A stretch of DNA of 64,000 bases, taken from the NCBI RefSeq assembly GCF_001194135.2, contig NC_068989.1, forward strand, positions 4,852,388-4,916,387. The letters run 5' to 3'. The position numbers and the translations under genes are program-made. The notes under the pieces are model-generated. The model made no database searches. It worked only from the letters and a program-made list of their open reading frames with translations, and was not told where the DNA came from. Origin of the DNA: Octopus bimaculoides (taxonomy: Eukaryota). Shown piece after piece: positions 1-12,738 of this stretch (its first letter is position 1; each line of letters starts with the position of its first letter).

Positions 1-3000
1 AATATAATCAACTGTTTCCCTCCCACCAAATTCCTGTCTTTGTCCCTATGTGAGAAATCATTATTATGATATTGATAATGTCTGATGTTTAAGGTAGATG
101 GAATGAGGGAGCTGTATCCCTTGCAGTGCACCTATGGCCCCTGAAAGCTTTGGATTTTTCATTGAATCAATGACAATGAAGAGGCTGATTGATGATGATG
201 CTAGTAACACAAATACTAACAGAACGCAGTTAAGCTCACATATTCATTGATATGCAGTGTACACAGGTTAACGATAATATTACTGATGGCGAAGGGAACG
301 AACAAGTTTGTGTAAATTACAGAATAATAAGGTTGAGGAAATTAGGAAGATGACGAGAAAAGTTAAGAAGCAGGTGATTTCTTATCTTGGATTTTCTTCA
401 TGTAATAGACTTTGTATCACAGCCAGTGAAACAAGATAATCATTATTAATGGTAATTTAATAAATAGCAATGACAATGATAATGACGAAGATGATGATGA
501 TGGGAAGGTGGCAGAAGGGGAAATATATCTTACTTAGATACAATCCCATAAATTTATTGGAAGTGAAGAGTGGCAGTGGCGGCGGTGACTAAGTTGTATG
601 AATGCTATCAGTTTTCTCTTTGGTATTAGCAAGCTCTGTGAAATAAACTAAGAATTGAAATGGAATCACAAACCATCAAACTCAACGCTTACCTTTTGGT
701 TTATTTAGGTATAAGACCAACTGTTGCAGGAATATAGACCTATGTACCTGTATGCCTCGATACATAGATGTAATTTCAGACATGTTCACATACATGTATC
801 TAGGGTACTCAAATATCTAGGGTACTCAAATGTATCTAGGGTACTCAAATATTATTCATTAATGAGTATAGGCCTGCATATATATCTGTGTGTATTTGAA
901 ATTATGTATATGTGTGTGTAGATATCCATATACACAAATACTATTCATGCATTGACATTGGCCTACATGCATGACTGCACACATACATCATACAAATATG
1001 TAGGTGCACTCTCTCTCTCCATCTCTCTCTCTCCCCAACTCTCTCCCAAACTCTCTCCCCATCTCTCTCTCCTTCTCTCTCTCCGTCTCTCTCTCTCCAT
1101 CTCTCTCTCTCTCTCTCTCATCTTTATTACACTGGAAATTTTACCCTCACTCCACTATACCTTCTCGTGTAAGCATGCATGTAGACCTCTGCTCTGCAAG
1201 TAATATTTGTGTGAGTACCTAAATACATATATGTGAGCATTTGTGAATTTATGTATATGTATGCATCCAGGCATGCATGCACAAAGGCCTGTACTCCTGT
1301 AATGATATTAACTCTGTGTGTGTGTGTGTGTGTGTGTGTTTAATCGGTTGGAGCTGCTAAAAGTTCCCTTTGTTGCTAGTTTGAATTTTCTTTTGTCACA
1401 TTCTTTGGTCGACTGAACAATCGACCACTTACAAATAAACTCAACTTCACATATACAGTAGTCTTCTGACTAATGTTTGTATACTCAAATACAAAAGCAG
1501 TCATGCATGCACGATATATACATAATATATATCAAATAAATTTCTTAGAATAATTATGTAATATACCTATACATCAAAAGAATTAATTCTACATAAAAAA
1601 AAAGTCAGACTATAATTTTGAGGTTAAAGATAGAGACATGCCTGAGCAAAGGATCATGACTATAAAATATTTCGGGTCTCGTCAGCTGCTTTGACATAAC
1701 CAGTGTAACAAATATATCTATAAATAGAGTCAGCTTTTCAAACCAGTGGAATAAATAACTATGCAATAATAATTCAATAATACAACATATAGCAATAGTA
1801 TGTAATTCTGTATGTGTTTAGTCCTCTTGTTAACCAGTTTAAAGGTTAAAACATTAAGTAAAATTCCTTCAATTACCGAAATTTGCTTTTTTTTTTTTTT
1901 TGTCCTTGTTCATTCTTTTTAACTTTTTAACCAAAGCTAATTTTTCATATAGAAAATTAACTAAAACTCATTGTTCATAGATAATTAAAATGGTTATTAT
2001 ATTTACCCCAGTGTTCAACTGGTATTTATTTTATTGATAAAGCACCAGTCATGCGTGGGGCGTTGTCAGTGCCACCTGACTGCCACCACCACCATCATCA
2101 TCATCATTATTATAATGGTGATTAATTAAATCTCACCATGGTTATCTTTGCTCTTTGACCTTCTGGGCGAGTTAGTGAAGTAAATACCAGTAATAAAACG
2201 TTTGATTAAATATACCATGACCATCTGGAAAAGTTTACAGCTGCCTGGTAAAAAGAAATCACCACCACCACCACCATCCCATTATTGTCACCATCTTCAT
2301 CGCTATTTACATCACCTCCTTTTGGAACGTCTTATTTCAATCCCACTACCACTCTTTCCTAATTAGCAATCGTCAGACAAGTGGAAAGAAGTGAGTCTTG
2401 ATTGTTTTCTATAGTAAAAAAAATGCAGGTGGTGTATGAAGCAAATTCAGTGTTGATGTTGTTGTGCTTGTTATCTTTGTCTTTTTCTTTGTTTTTACAA
2501 TATCCTGGCAATCAGAAGCATCACATCTTTGACAAGCACCAAAAAAAAAGAAAGAATAAAAAGAAAAACCAGATTACTCATCTGTATGCGTACACAGAGA
2601 GATACAGAGGTACATACAAACACCTGCATTAACTTATAATTGGTGTATCCACTTCGAAAATATAGAGAAACACGCATGCTCAGACACACACAGGATTAAA
2701 AATATTCCAGCTATAACAGTTCTGAGCTTTTTTTCCCAAAATATAATGAGTTCATTATTCTGTGTATCCTTCCTGTAGGGTATAATATAAGATGTTTGAC
2801 TGCTATTTCTAGCAGAGTGTGTATTATGATGTGGAGGTTCCCTTGTTTCTTGGCAACAGTTCTATACCAGTCTCATGAATATAGTACTTGCTCTGTGTTT
2901 GTATGTGTATGTGAAAGAGAGCTTCTCTTGTGTCTTATACACATGGTCGAATGCATGTATATATGTATATATGGAAGTGTTTGTATAATAAGGAAGAGTA

Positions 3001-3490
3001 GAAAGGAAGCGTCACTCTCCCACCCTGTCGCACCCATTAAGTTCCATCACTACATGTTTTCACCATCATGCCATTCACCCCTACATCCAAGCACTTACAA
3101 AACCATGAATGTTACCTTATTTACAAATAAATTCAGGAAGATGGGGAAACTAGGGATGTTAAGAGATGGCTTGACGAAGGAAGGGGGTGAGAGTAAATGA
3201 TTTTCATGTTTTTTAGAGTAGTCATTGGTGTTGATGGTGGCGAATAATCTTGTTGGTAAGCAGTGGTAGTAGTTGATGGTGGTGGTGGTGGAGGAGGAGG
3301 GTAAGTTTGATAGGAGTGTTGGTAGGAGGTGGTGCAAACAGTGGATGATGCGAAATAATGGTGGTGCTGGCATTGGTTTTGGTGGTGGTTTAAGCTGCAA
3401 AAGGATTTCCCTTCCTTGTGATAGATCAGTTCCCTAATGAGTTGGTTTCCAAATGTGAGTCATTTACCCTTGTAGACAAATTTGTTTGTG

Positions 3491-3550
<60 letters not shown>

Positions 3551-6500
3551 TACAGACAGAGTAGGTTGAAAACCTAATAAGGTTGTTTGAATTGCAATTA
3601 ACCTTACATATCTAATAGCAGATTTTACTTGATTTTTAAGATTAAAGAAATACAGTTTCTTCATCTTCTCCTCATCCACACCCTTCTGATTTTCATCCTC
3701 ATCGTTATTTTCTTAATTAAAAGGAGTTGGTTTTGATAGAAAAATACTGGATTAACTGTTGTATCATATTTACTTTTTATTTTATCATTTTCTGATCAAA
3801 TCTCCTTAAGTTTGACTTGGAGATTAATCCTTCCAGGACACAAACACAAGCCACAGAAATAAAAGATGAATGAGAAATACCATGCCAAAAAGTCATCATG
3901 ATGGGTGGGGTGTTGGATGACAGCCACATAGCACTGGAAGTTTGTGTGTGTGTGTGCAGGCTCTTAGCTAGGGTAAATGGGTTCCCAGAGCAAGCATGAG
4001 AATGAAATAGTGCTATGCATGATTACCACTGACTAAAAATTCTAAGAAATTTGTAATAAATAAGTAACAACAGCAAAAATGGATATGTTTAATTTATACA
4101 TCCTTTTCTTATTCCTTAATTTCAAACTCAAACTTCTAATTTCTGCCAAATATCACAAAAAATTATCTTCCTTATATTAACTCTCTGCTATTGTATTACT
4201 GTATTATTTTTATAAACTTTGTTATATCACTGAAGACTTGGTTATTAGGTTTCATATTTATGACAATCATCTTACTTGATTCTCTGCAAACCTTACTTCA
4301 ACTGTAGTTATATATCTATTATTTCTAGAATACAATAGAGGTTTTCCTCTCTCAAACATAGGGATATCTTTTTAAGGGGAAGAAACAAAACTGGTAAAAA
4401 GTTACAGTGTTTGGTTCCCAGTTTACCAATCCTGAGTTTAATTCTACTGCAGGCATTTTAATGTTATTGTGTTTCATTGCATATGTAAAACTGTATTTTA
4501 TTTATGTCAATTCACAGTTTTGGGGAGAGCATTTTATCCAACATTTTATCTAATGATAACCTGTAGGTTGGCAATGTACAGGGTCACTTGACAAGTTAAA
4601 AATAGTAGGTAAATATGCCTTATATTGTACCTTCCCATCTTCTATTGCTGACATTTTGTAATGTCTTTGGCTGGGCTTGTAATCCTGCATGTGTGTGTAT
4701 AATTGTTTGAAAGAGCAATAGAGACAGAGAGACGTATGAAAGAGAAAAAGAATGTAAGAGAGTGAGAAGCGAAATGTATGTGAGAGCGGGTGAGAAAGAA
4801 AGGATATGCATATTGATAAGAGAAAGAAAGGAGAGTGTTTGAGAGAGACTTGAGGTAGTGATAGAATGCCAAATGAGAGTTGAAGATAGAGAGAGGTGAG
4901 GTGGAAAAGTAGAAGGCGGTAAAATTTGTTGCTAAAAATCTAATGGAATGGAAAAAGTGAATAGCGAAAGTTGATGATAAAGCTAGAGTGGGAGAGGGAA
5001 CTATGGTAGGGGTGCAAGAGATATAGAAGACTGGATTGATGATGGGTGGTGAATGGATTTTGAGATTCTTAAGATAGAGCAATGATCATATCAGGGAATA
5101 TACCTTTCTACCATTTCTCTATCTATCCAGGCAGCCAACAATCCATTCATTTATCTCTCTAATCAGCCATCAATCTAAGCACCCACCCATTCATCCATTC
5201 ATATATCTATCCATTCCTTCCATCAATTTATTTGTTTTCCATTCCCATACCTGTCTACCCCACTATGTCTATTTTTGGCTTGCTTAACAAAACTTACCTA
5301 TTGAAGTTTTTAAATTGTTATGCATTTTAAGCCTTCTTTTTTGTTTTCGCTTTTAACTCTCAGATGGAAAGCACACCTTTATATGCCTCTCTCTCCAGTT
5401 GTTATTCTCCCCCCCCCTCTCTCTCTCTCTTTCTTTCTCTTTTTCCCGCTCTCTCGGTAAATAGTAATATTTACACTAAGTTGCATGCTAAGACTTAAAA
5501 TCATTTGCACAGTTTAGTTACATGAATTCACAGTTTGATAACACTCCCATTGCTCCTTTGCTTTCTTCCTCTTGCTTCACTTAACAACAATAACGATGAT
5601 GATGTTGATGGTGAGAACAACAACACTGGATTTTAACACGAAGGCTTTCAGCTAAACCATTTACACTTATTTAGCTTTTTGACTGCCATGAAATCTCTGC
5701 AAATTGCTTCTTTGAGAGAGAAAATAGGATCAAGCAACTGATTTCATCAGTTCACACCATCAGGCCAGCAGTGGCATACTGTTTGCCATTATTGTTGTTC
5801 CTATTTACCTTTTTCGTTAGATTATCATTATCAATTAATTAATTAATTAATTAACTCTTGGGGGAATTTTCAGCAGGAGATTATTGTTGTTTTGTTATTT
5901 TGTCTTAATGCCTTGACTTTGTGGGAACTGTGCTTTGACACACACAAGCTGAGTTGTCTTCTCACACACACACACACACACACACTCACAGTTGTGTGTG
6001 TGTGTGTGTGTGTGATTATACATATATGCTCACATAACTGCATATATATGTAGATACAATGAATGTGAGTTTACCTTAAATGAGTTTCCTAGTTTCAAAG
6101 CTAGTAATGTAATGTTCATGAACTGGGAATGTATGTGTATCTATGATCATTCCAAAGCTGTGTCTGTACACAGACACAGTGTGTACGTACAAGAATATAT
6201 TCATGTATCTGTCTGTGTGTATTTTCTTGTACTGCTTTCTGGCATTGCTTTGTGTGCACATTAGAACACTGCTTTATAGATGTAAAATCAATTATATCAA
6301 CTTCAGATTGGGATTTAATTTATTAACTTCAAGAGGATGAAAGGTGATGTTGACCTCGACAGAATTTGAAATCAGAGCATAAAGAATAATACCTTGTGGT
6401 AACTGAATAACACAAAGTATTATTTCTGAACCCCTTAAAGCTTTACAAAGCTGTGACATAGGTTGTAGTGGAACATATTTCTCTTATTGGCACAAAGTAA

Positions 6501-7110
6501 CAAATTTCATTTATCAGAGCCATAACCCTTTAATTTGATAACCCTACACGACTGATATCATCATCTTTCTCCTCCTCTTCTGCCTCCTCATTGTTTTATT
6601 GTCCATTTTTCCATGCTTCCATGTGGTGGATGGATTTTATTAAGGCAGATTTCCTATGGCCAGATGCCCATCCCCAATTATTTTCCAAGTAAGCTAATAT
6701 TTCACCATGGCCAGACATTTTTTCACAGAATATATTGGAAATGAATAATATTGCTTGTATGACTGTGACATTCATTTACAATGAATATGATTTACTTTGG
6801 ACTAGTCTGGTGGGGCTTGGGACCCTGCTGTAGACTCCATGAAATGAATGGACATATGGTACAAGACCATGCTGCATCCATCTTTTCTATCCAGCATGTA
6901 TCAATGAGATGACTATGGAGGTAATTTAGTCAGTCTTTGTATGGTAGTTTATCAGGATTTATTAGAGCTGTTTTAAACATCCAGCCAGATATGACTATCC
7001 AAAGTATTCAACCTGTATGTCTAGGTATAAGATCTTAGCTTTAGTGTTGAACACACATGCTGTCCTAAGATTTTAAGCTTAAACCATATGATCCACATTT
7101 TAAGTTAGTC

Positions 7111-7158
<48 letters not shown>

Positions 7159-7297
7159 CACAGGAGGATTTGATTGCTAAAAGGAACAAGCATCTATGTA
7201 ACTGTTCTCTTGATGGTTTGTGTTGTTGTTGTGCCCCAGCATGGTCACAGTCCCATGACTGAAACAGATAAAAGAAAAGACAAATATGTCTACCCTC

Positions 7298-7344
<47 letters not shown>

Positions 7345-7714
7345 TCTTCTGTACCTGCTGCTTCCTTCAACTTCCTCTCTCGACTACACACTTCTGTTTC
7401 TTAAAATTTTTATTCTGTCTGTTCATTTACTCTTTACTTTCTGGCGGCTTTGGTAAAGATATTTCTGTTTCAATGATGGACAAAACATAATATTTCCTGC
7501 TGTACTCTTTCCTCTTGGGACTTTCTTATATAATGCTTTACTGCCTTTTTATATTTGTAATTTTTGTTTCATTTCATTCAATTTCTATGTAAGACCTCCC
7601 CCGCACCACAGCCTTTGTAGTAGCAATAAAGAAAATATTATTGTTATTTTTGTTATTGAAATTATCAATTTCATCATCATAATAAAATCAATATTTAATA
7701 AATCTAAGAAACCT

Positions 7715-7749
<35 letters not shown>

Positions 7750-8677
7750 ACACCACCACCACCACCACCATGTTTTAATGTTCTAATTTCGTTTCCTTTG
7801 TGGCAAATAAAGACATTATTATTATTATTACTATTATTGATATCTAGACCTTCTGCCCATGTTAGAATTCACTATTACCACCACTATCATCATCATCATC
7901 ATCATCATCTCCCCACACCCCTCTCTCTCTCCTCACACACAATTGACTTTCATATTTCCTTTCAAAAGATTACTGAAGAGTTGTCATGTTAATAAATAGA
8001 GGAAAGAAAAACAGCAACAAACAACAAACAAACAAAAAAAATATCTTTGTGAAAGGGAATCCTTGTTTTATTTCAATGAAACTGTGAAAGACTCATTCCA
8101 GTGTTGTGTTTATAATGCAATCATTTTCATTTCATTTGTACACACTCATTAATGATGTTGTTGTTGTTGTTTTTGGTGGTGGTCGTGGTGGTGTTGGGAG
8201 TGGTGCGTGCACCATAGTTGAGATAGCTCTCAGCGAATATCATTTGAAATTCTGTTCTTTCGAACTGCATCTCACCATCTCTCCACTAAACTTGTTAATG
8301 CTAAGGAAAGATGAACATCACAACATCTTGATTTAAGAAGAAAAATCGAAAGGTCTTTCATGTGATTTTTCTCTTTTTTTTTTCCTTTCCCTAGTCTTTG
8401 ATCATTATTTGGGGTATGTTAGTCACCATCTCCCTATATCTGTATTGAGAGTCATGTCTTACTGGTTCTTCACACTAGTTTTGTCTAAAACCTTCTTAGA
8501 TTTGTTCTATCATTTCTAGGTTGTTTTGGTGGTTTTTGTGAACCCCAAGTCAGCTCTGATTGTGTAGACTTATGAAAAAGATAGCATCGCAAAAAATGCT
8601 TTGCAGAATTTGTTCTGGCTCTTTACATGAGTTCAAATACTGCTACAGTCAACTTTGTCTTTCACCCATCTGGGGAT

Positions 8678-9185
8678 TATTCTTTTATTCTTTTATTTGT
8701 TTCAGTCATTTGACTGCGGCCATGCTGGAGCACCGCATTTAGTTGAACAAATCGACCCCCAGAACTTATTCTTTGGAAGCTTAGTGCTTATTCTATCGGT
8801 CTCTTTACAAACACAGACACACAAACATATACATTGGTGGCATGTAAAAAGCACCCATGACACTTTTGGAGTGGTTGGCGTTAGGAAGGGCATCCAGCTG
8901 TAGAAACCTTGCCAGATCAGATTGGAGCCTGGTGCAGCCGTTGGCTCTCCAGACCTCAGTCAAACCGTCAAACCCATGCCAGCATGGAAAACTGACATTA
9001 AACGATGATGATGATGATATACGACAGGCTTCTTTCAGTTTCTGTCTACCAAATCCACTCACAAGGCTTTGGTCGGCCCGAGGCTATGGTAGAAGACACT
9101 TGTCCAAGGTGCCACACAGTGGGACTGATCCCAGAACCATGTGGTTGGTAAGCAAGCTACTTACCACACAGCCGCTCCTGCACCT
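8678..9185 (-). mobile_element. tRNA-derived SINE family A, minus strand, split by a nested insertion (tail 8678-8808, head 9021-9185)
   Basis: Reverse complement of the near-complete copy at 35023-35410, including the A-box/B-box-like head and the GGTGCTCCAGCATGGCCGCAGTCAAATGACTGAAAC tail. Confidence 0.8.
8835..9018 (+). mobile_element. RTE-LINE 3'-end fragment (family B) ending in a (GAT)n tail
   Basis: Matches 35923-36166 (GTAAAAAGCACC...GGTTGGCGTTAGGAAGGGCATCCAGCTGTAGAAAC...CCATGCCAGCATGGAAA...GATGATGAT). Confidence 0.75.
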
Positions 9186-10532
9186 ATAAAATAAACTACA
9201 TGTCAAGTATAGGAGCTGATGGCATTGAGTAACCACCTTCCCTCAAGATTAATAGCCTTATGCCTAAATTTGAAACAATCATTATTTTTATACATCACCA
9301 TCATCATCATCATCATCATTATAATATAGAGTGATGGTTAGAGCATCAAACAAAATACTTTGCAGTACTTGTCCTGACTCCTTGAGATTTGGTCTGAAAT
9401 CCTGTTGAGATCAAGTTTGTCTTCCCCTTCTCCAGAGTCAATAAAATAAAGTACCAGTCAAATACTGGGGTCAGTATTATTGAATAATCCCTCCCCATGA
9501 GCTTCCAGCCTTTTACCTGTTTTAGAAACAATTATTATTTTCCATATAATTATATTTCTAGCTCAAACATCAAATAATAAGACAGCATTAATATTATAGT
9601 AATATTTTAACCATTATTTCTACAATATTTGTGACAAGAAAAATGACAATTCCAGTCACATTCTTGAGGTTGAATTTCTCTTTGATTTCCTTTTAATTTT
9701 GAACTGTTTAATCTTGTCTTTGTCATGTCATTCCGAAAATGTCAAAAAAAAAAAGCACAGACTGAATAAAGATTAAACATTATTTTTTTCATTTTAAGAA
9801 GAATTACCCGATACTTAAATAGGCAAGTATTTGTGCGTATATTTGTGTGTGTGTGTGTGTGTGATTGTGCACACACACACAGATGCAGGTGTGGTTGTGT
9901 GGTTATTTCACAACTATGTGATCTTTTACTCAGGTCAATAAAATAAGCACTAGTTGAGCACTGGGGTCAATGTAACTGACCCCTTTCCCTTTTTGTGCCA
10001 AAATTTCAAACCAATATTTCTAGTGTTGAGTAGACATAAAGTGACCAACTATCTGGTTGAAAATTGTGTACTTTGTCCACTATAATAGTGGGGTTTGTTC
10101 GTCGTTTGTCTCTTTCAAGATCTCAATTCTAGACCAATAAGGAAACCCATATGCACTTGCTTACACTGATAAAAACAGCAGCCAAATCTTGTACAGATTA
10201 CACCTTACCATCTTAAAAGACAAAGGCTACATTGGACAATGTAGTTTTAATACATTAATCCAGCAAAAAAAAAAGCACTTAAGATGAAACGGTCACAGCT
10301 GGAATGCTTTTGGTTATGGGCCAATGAGAACTAGCCTCCAGTTAAACGATAAAAAAAAATTTTAACAGCAAGATCTTTTTTTTTTTTGCCTCCTTTGAAA
10401 TATTGGCAGAAAGTCATCCAAAATCACATTTAGGTTTTTTTCTGTGTTTCGAGATAAGTATAATTCTTTTATTCCTTTTATCATTCTTTAAACTTTCTCC
10501 TCTGCTTTCTTTCTCTTTATCTAATCCTTCAA

Positions 10533-10578
<46 letters not shown>

Positions 10579-10651
10579 NNNNNNNNNNNNNNNNNNNNNN
10601 NNNNNNNNNNNNNNNNNNNNNNNNNNNNNNNNNNNNNNNNNNNNNNNNNNN

Positions 10652-10691
<40 letters not shown>

Positions 10692-12112
10692 ACAAATTCT
10701 AATGTTTTCTTTTTTTTTTATCTCCTCTCTCTTTTAACAACATTTGTTGTTTTATTTTTATTCTTCAGAATAAAAATCTTTAAAAGTGCTTAGACAATAG
10801 CTCTTATACATATATGTGTGTGTGTGTGTGTATAACTCTAATTCTTGGAACAGTTAAAATGCCAAGGTTATAGATTCATCAATCAGGACAAAATGTCAGA
10901 GATATTAACCAGAAAATGATTACAGGATATGGGGATGTGGCTTTCATTGTCAAATTAGCAGTCTGTAGAAAAACCAAGGAAACTCTAAACACGGGACTTT
11001 CAAGATTGAACAATTTGATTCATTAAGTTAAGTAGGTAACCTAGGCCCATCTTTTAACCCTTTAGCATTTATAACATTGAAGGGGTAACATGTGCTAAAG
11101 TATTTATAAAAAAACAATGAAACAAAAGCATATCGGACTTCCTGTATGATATGGTAGAGGGAGAGGGGTTCCCCAACAACTGAATAACATGAAAATAAGG
11201 TTGGGTGTCAAAAACAATTGCTAAACTTGAAGAAGCATGGTCTGTGTCAGAAGAATTCACTTTAGTTAAAGCAAAGAAAGAGCTATTTTGGGGGTTTCCT
11301 TTATTTAACATTTTAGTCTGAGGAGGATGGACAGTGCTACTAGTTTTTGCAAACTCTCTTGGGTTGATGAGGGTAATATAGCTGTTGTTCAATTTGAATG
11401 TTTGCAGCTTGGTATCTCAAGAGAAACCGGGGAGAGATAGAATGTTTTTAGGATAAGCAGTTCTAGATAACCTTGGTTGACTTTTATCATTATTAATCAA
11501 TCATAGTGCAGAGACATTGACTTACACCTACTCTGTCGTGACTGGGCTGTTTCCAGAAGTGAGTGTCTAACCTTAAGCACACTTACCACATCCCTACTCA
11601 TGGTTATGCCACGAAGGAAAGACAAGTCAATAAGTTTGCAGCATCCATGGAGCTGTAAGGAATGATGGATATTGGTTAAGTATAGCTGTACATATCTGCC
11701 CGAGGGCCCCTTATCCCTCTCTCTGGATTTTCTGTAGAGGTTTACTCCCTTAGCCTTTTATAAACGCTCGAATAAATTACCCCACTGGACAGCAGGGGTT
11801 TATTATTACAGTGGGCATGGTTTGTGCTCAACCAGTCCCACTCTTTCATCCTTGTATTGATCTGGTGCGACAAGTATCCCAAGTTCAGCAGATATCAGGA
11901 AGCAAGATTTGCATGGAAGTTTTTCTCATCAGTTTTATTATTGTTGTTGTTGTTGGTATCATTATCATAATCATTGTCGTTGTCATCATCATCATCGTCA
12001 TTATTTCACTTCACAGAGCTCGTAATCTCACTTGCTGCAGCTAATTTTTTAAGAGTGGACAACAAGGTTTCACAGAGTCTTCTTCCATGATACTTAACAT
12101 CCAAGTCCCAAT

Positions 12113-12148
<36 letters not shown>

Positions 12149-12149
12149 G

Positions 12150-12328
12150 AGCTGGTAAAATGCTAAGTGCTAACCCATGCATCATTACATTCTGTGTTCA
12201 AATTCCATCAGTCAACTTAACCTTTCATTCTTTTGGGGTTGAGAACTGGGATTGATGTAATCTACTTAACCCCTCCCCTGAACTTGCTTCCTTGTGCCAA
12301 AATTTGAAACCATTATTATTATTATTAT

Positions 12329-12379
<51 letters not shown>

Positions 12380-12738
12380 TAAGGTGGTAAGCTGGCAGAA
12401 TTGTTAGCATACTGGGCAAAATGCTTAGCGGTGTTTTGTCCGTTGCTACATTCTGGGTTCAAATTCCGCTGAAGTCAACTTTACCTTTCATCCTTTCAGG
12501 GTTGATAAAATAAGTACCAGTTACACACTGGGGTCAATGTAATCGACTCATCCCCCCCACCTCCCCCAAGCTGCCCTTGAGGCAAAAATTTGAAATAATT
12601 ATTATTATTGTTATTAAGGCAGCGGCCTTTAATCCTTTCGGGGTTGATAAATTATGTACCAGTTGAACACTGGGGTCAATGTAATCAACTGGCCACCTCA
12701 CGACCAAAATTCAGGCCTTGTGCCAAAATTTGAAACCA
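12150..12738 (+). mobile_element. Three head-to-tail copies of tRNA-like SINE family C (about 12150-12312, 12381-12597, 12614-12738)
   Basis: Each matches 45361-45594 (GAGCTGGCAGAA, GTTCAAATTCC, CCTTTCATCC, CTGGGGTCAATGTAATC); copies are separated by TAT/TAG microsatellites. Confidence 0.8.

Noticed and set aside
350-373. ATG-MTRKVKKQ ending at CAG|GTGATT, a phase-0 first exon that would fit before HILIVILMS or LLVFWCLL
   Set aside because: Weak donor, 18-20 kb away, easily arises by chance; kept only as an untested alternative to the top finding.
2367-2390. 24-nt exon-like segment with GAA|GTGAGT
   Set aside because: Cannot be linked to the gene model; at most a UTR exon.
7174-7404. Signal-peptide-like ORF MLKGTSIYVTVLLMVCVVVV
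   Set aside because: Runs into a SINE tail and (CA)n; no splice donor in a usable phase.
8106-8336. ORF containing YHLKFCSFELHLTISPLNLL, vaguely like an ADAM prodomain strand
   Set aside because: No donor site, and the true equivalent is already encoded by exon 24216-24298.
11069-11930. 107-aa minus ORF and adjacent higher-GC stretch
   Set aside because: No recognisable motif; probably old TE remnants that cannot be classified without a library search.
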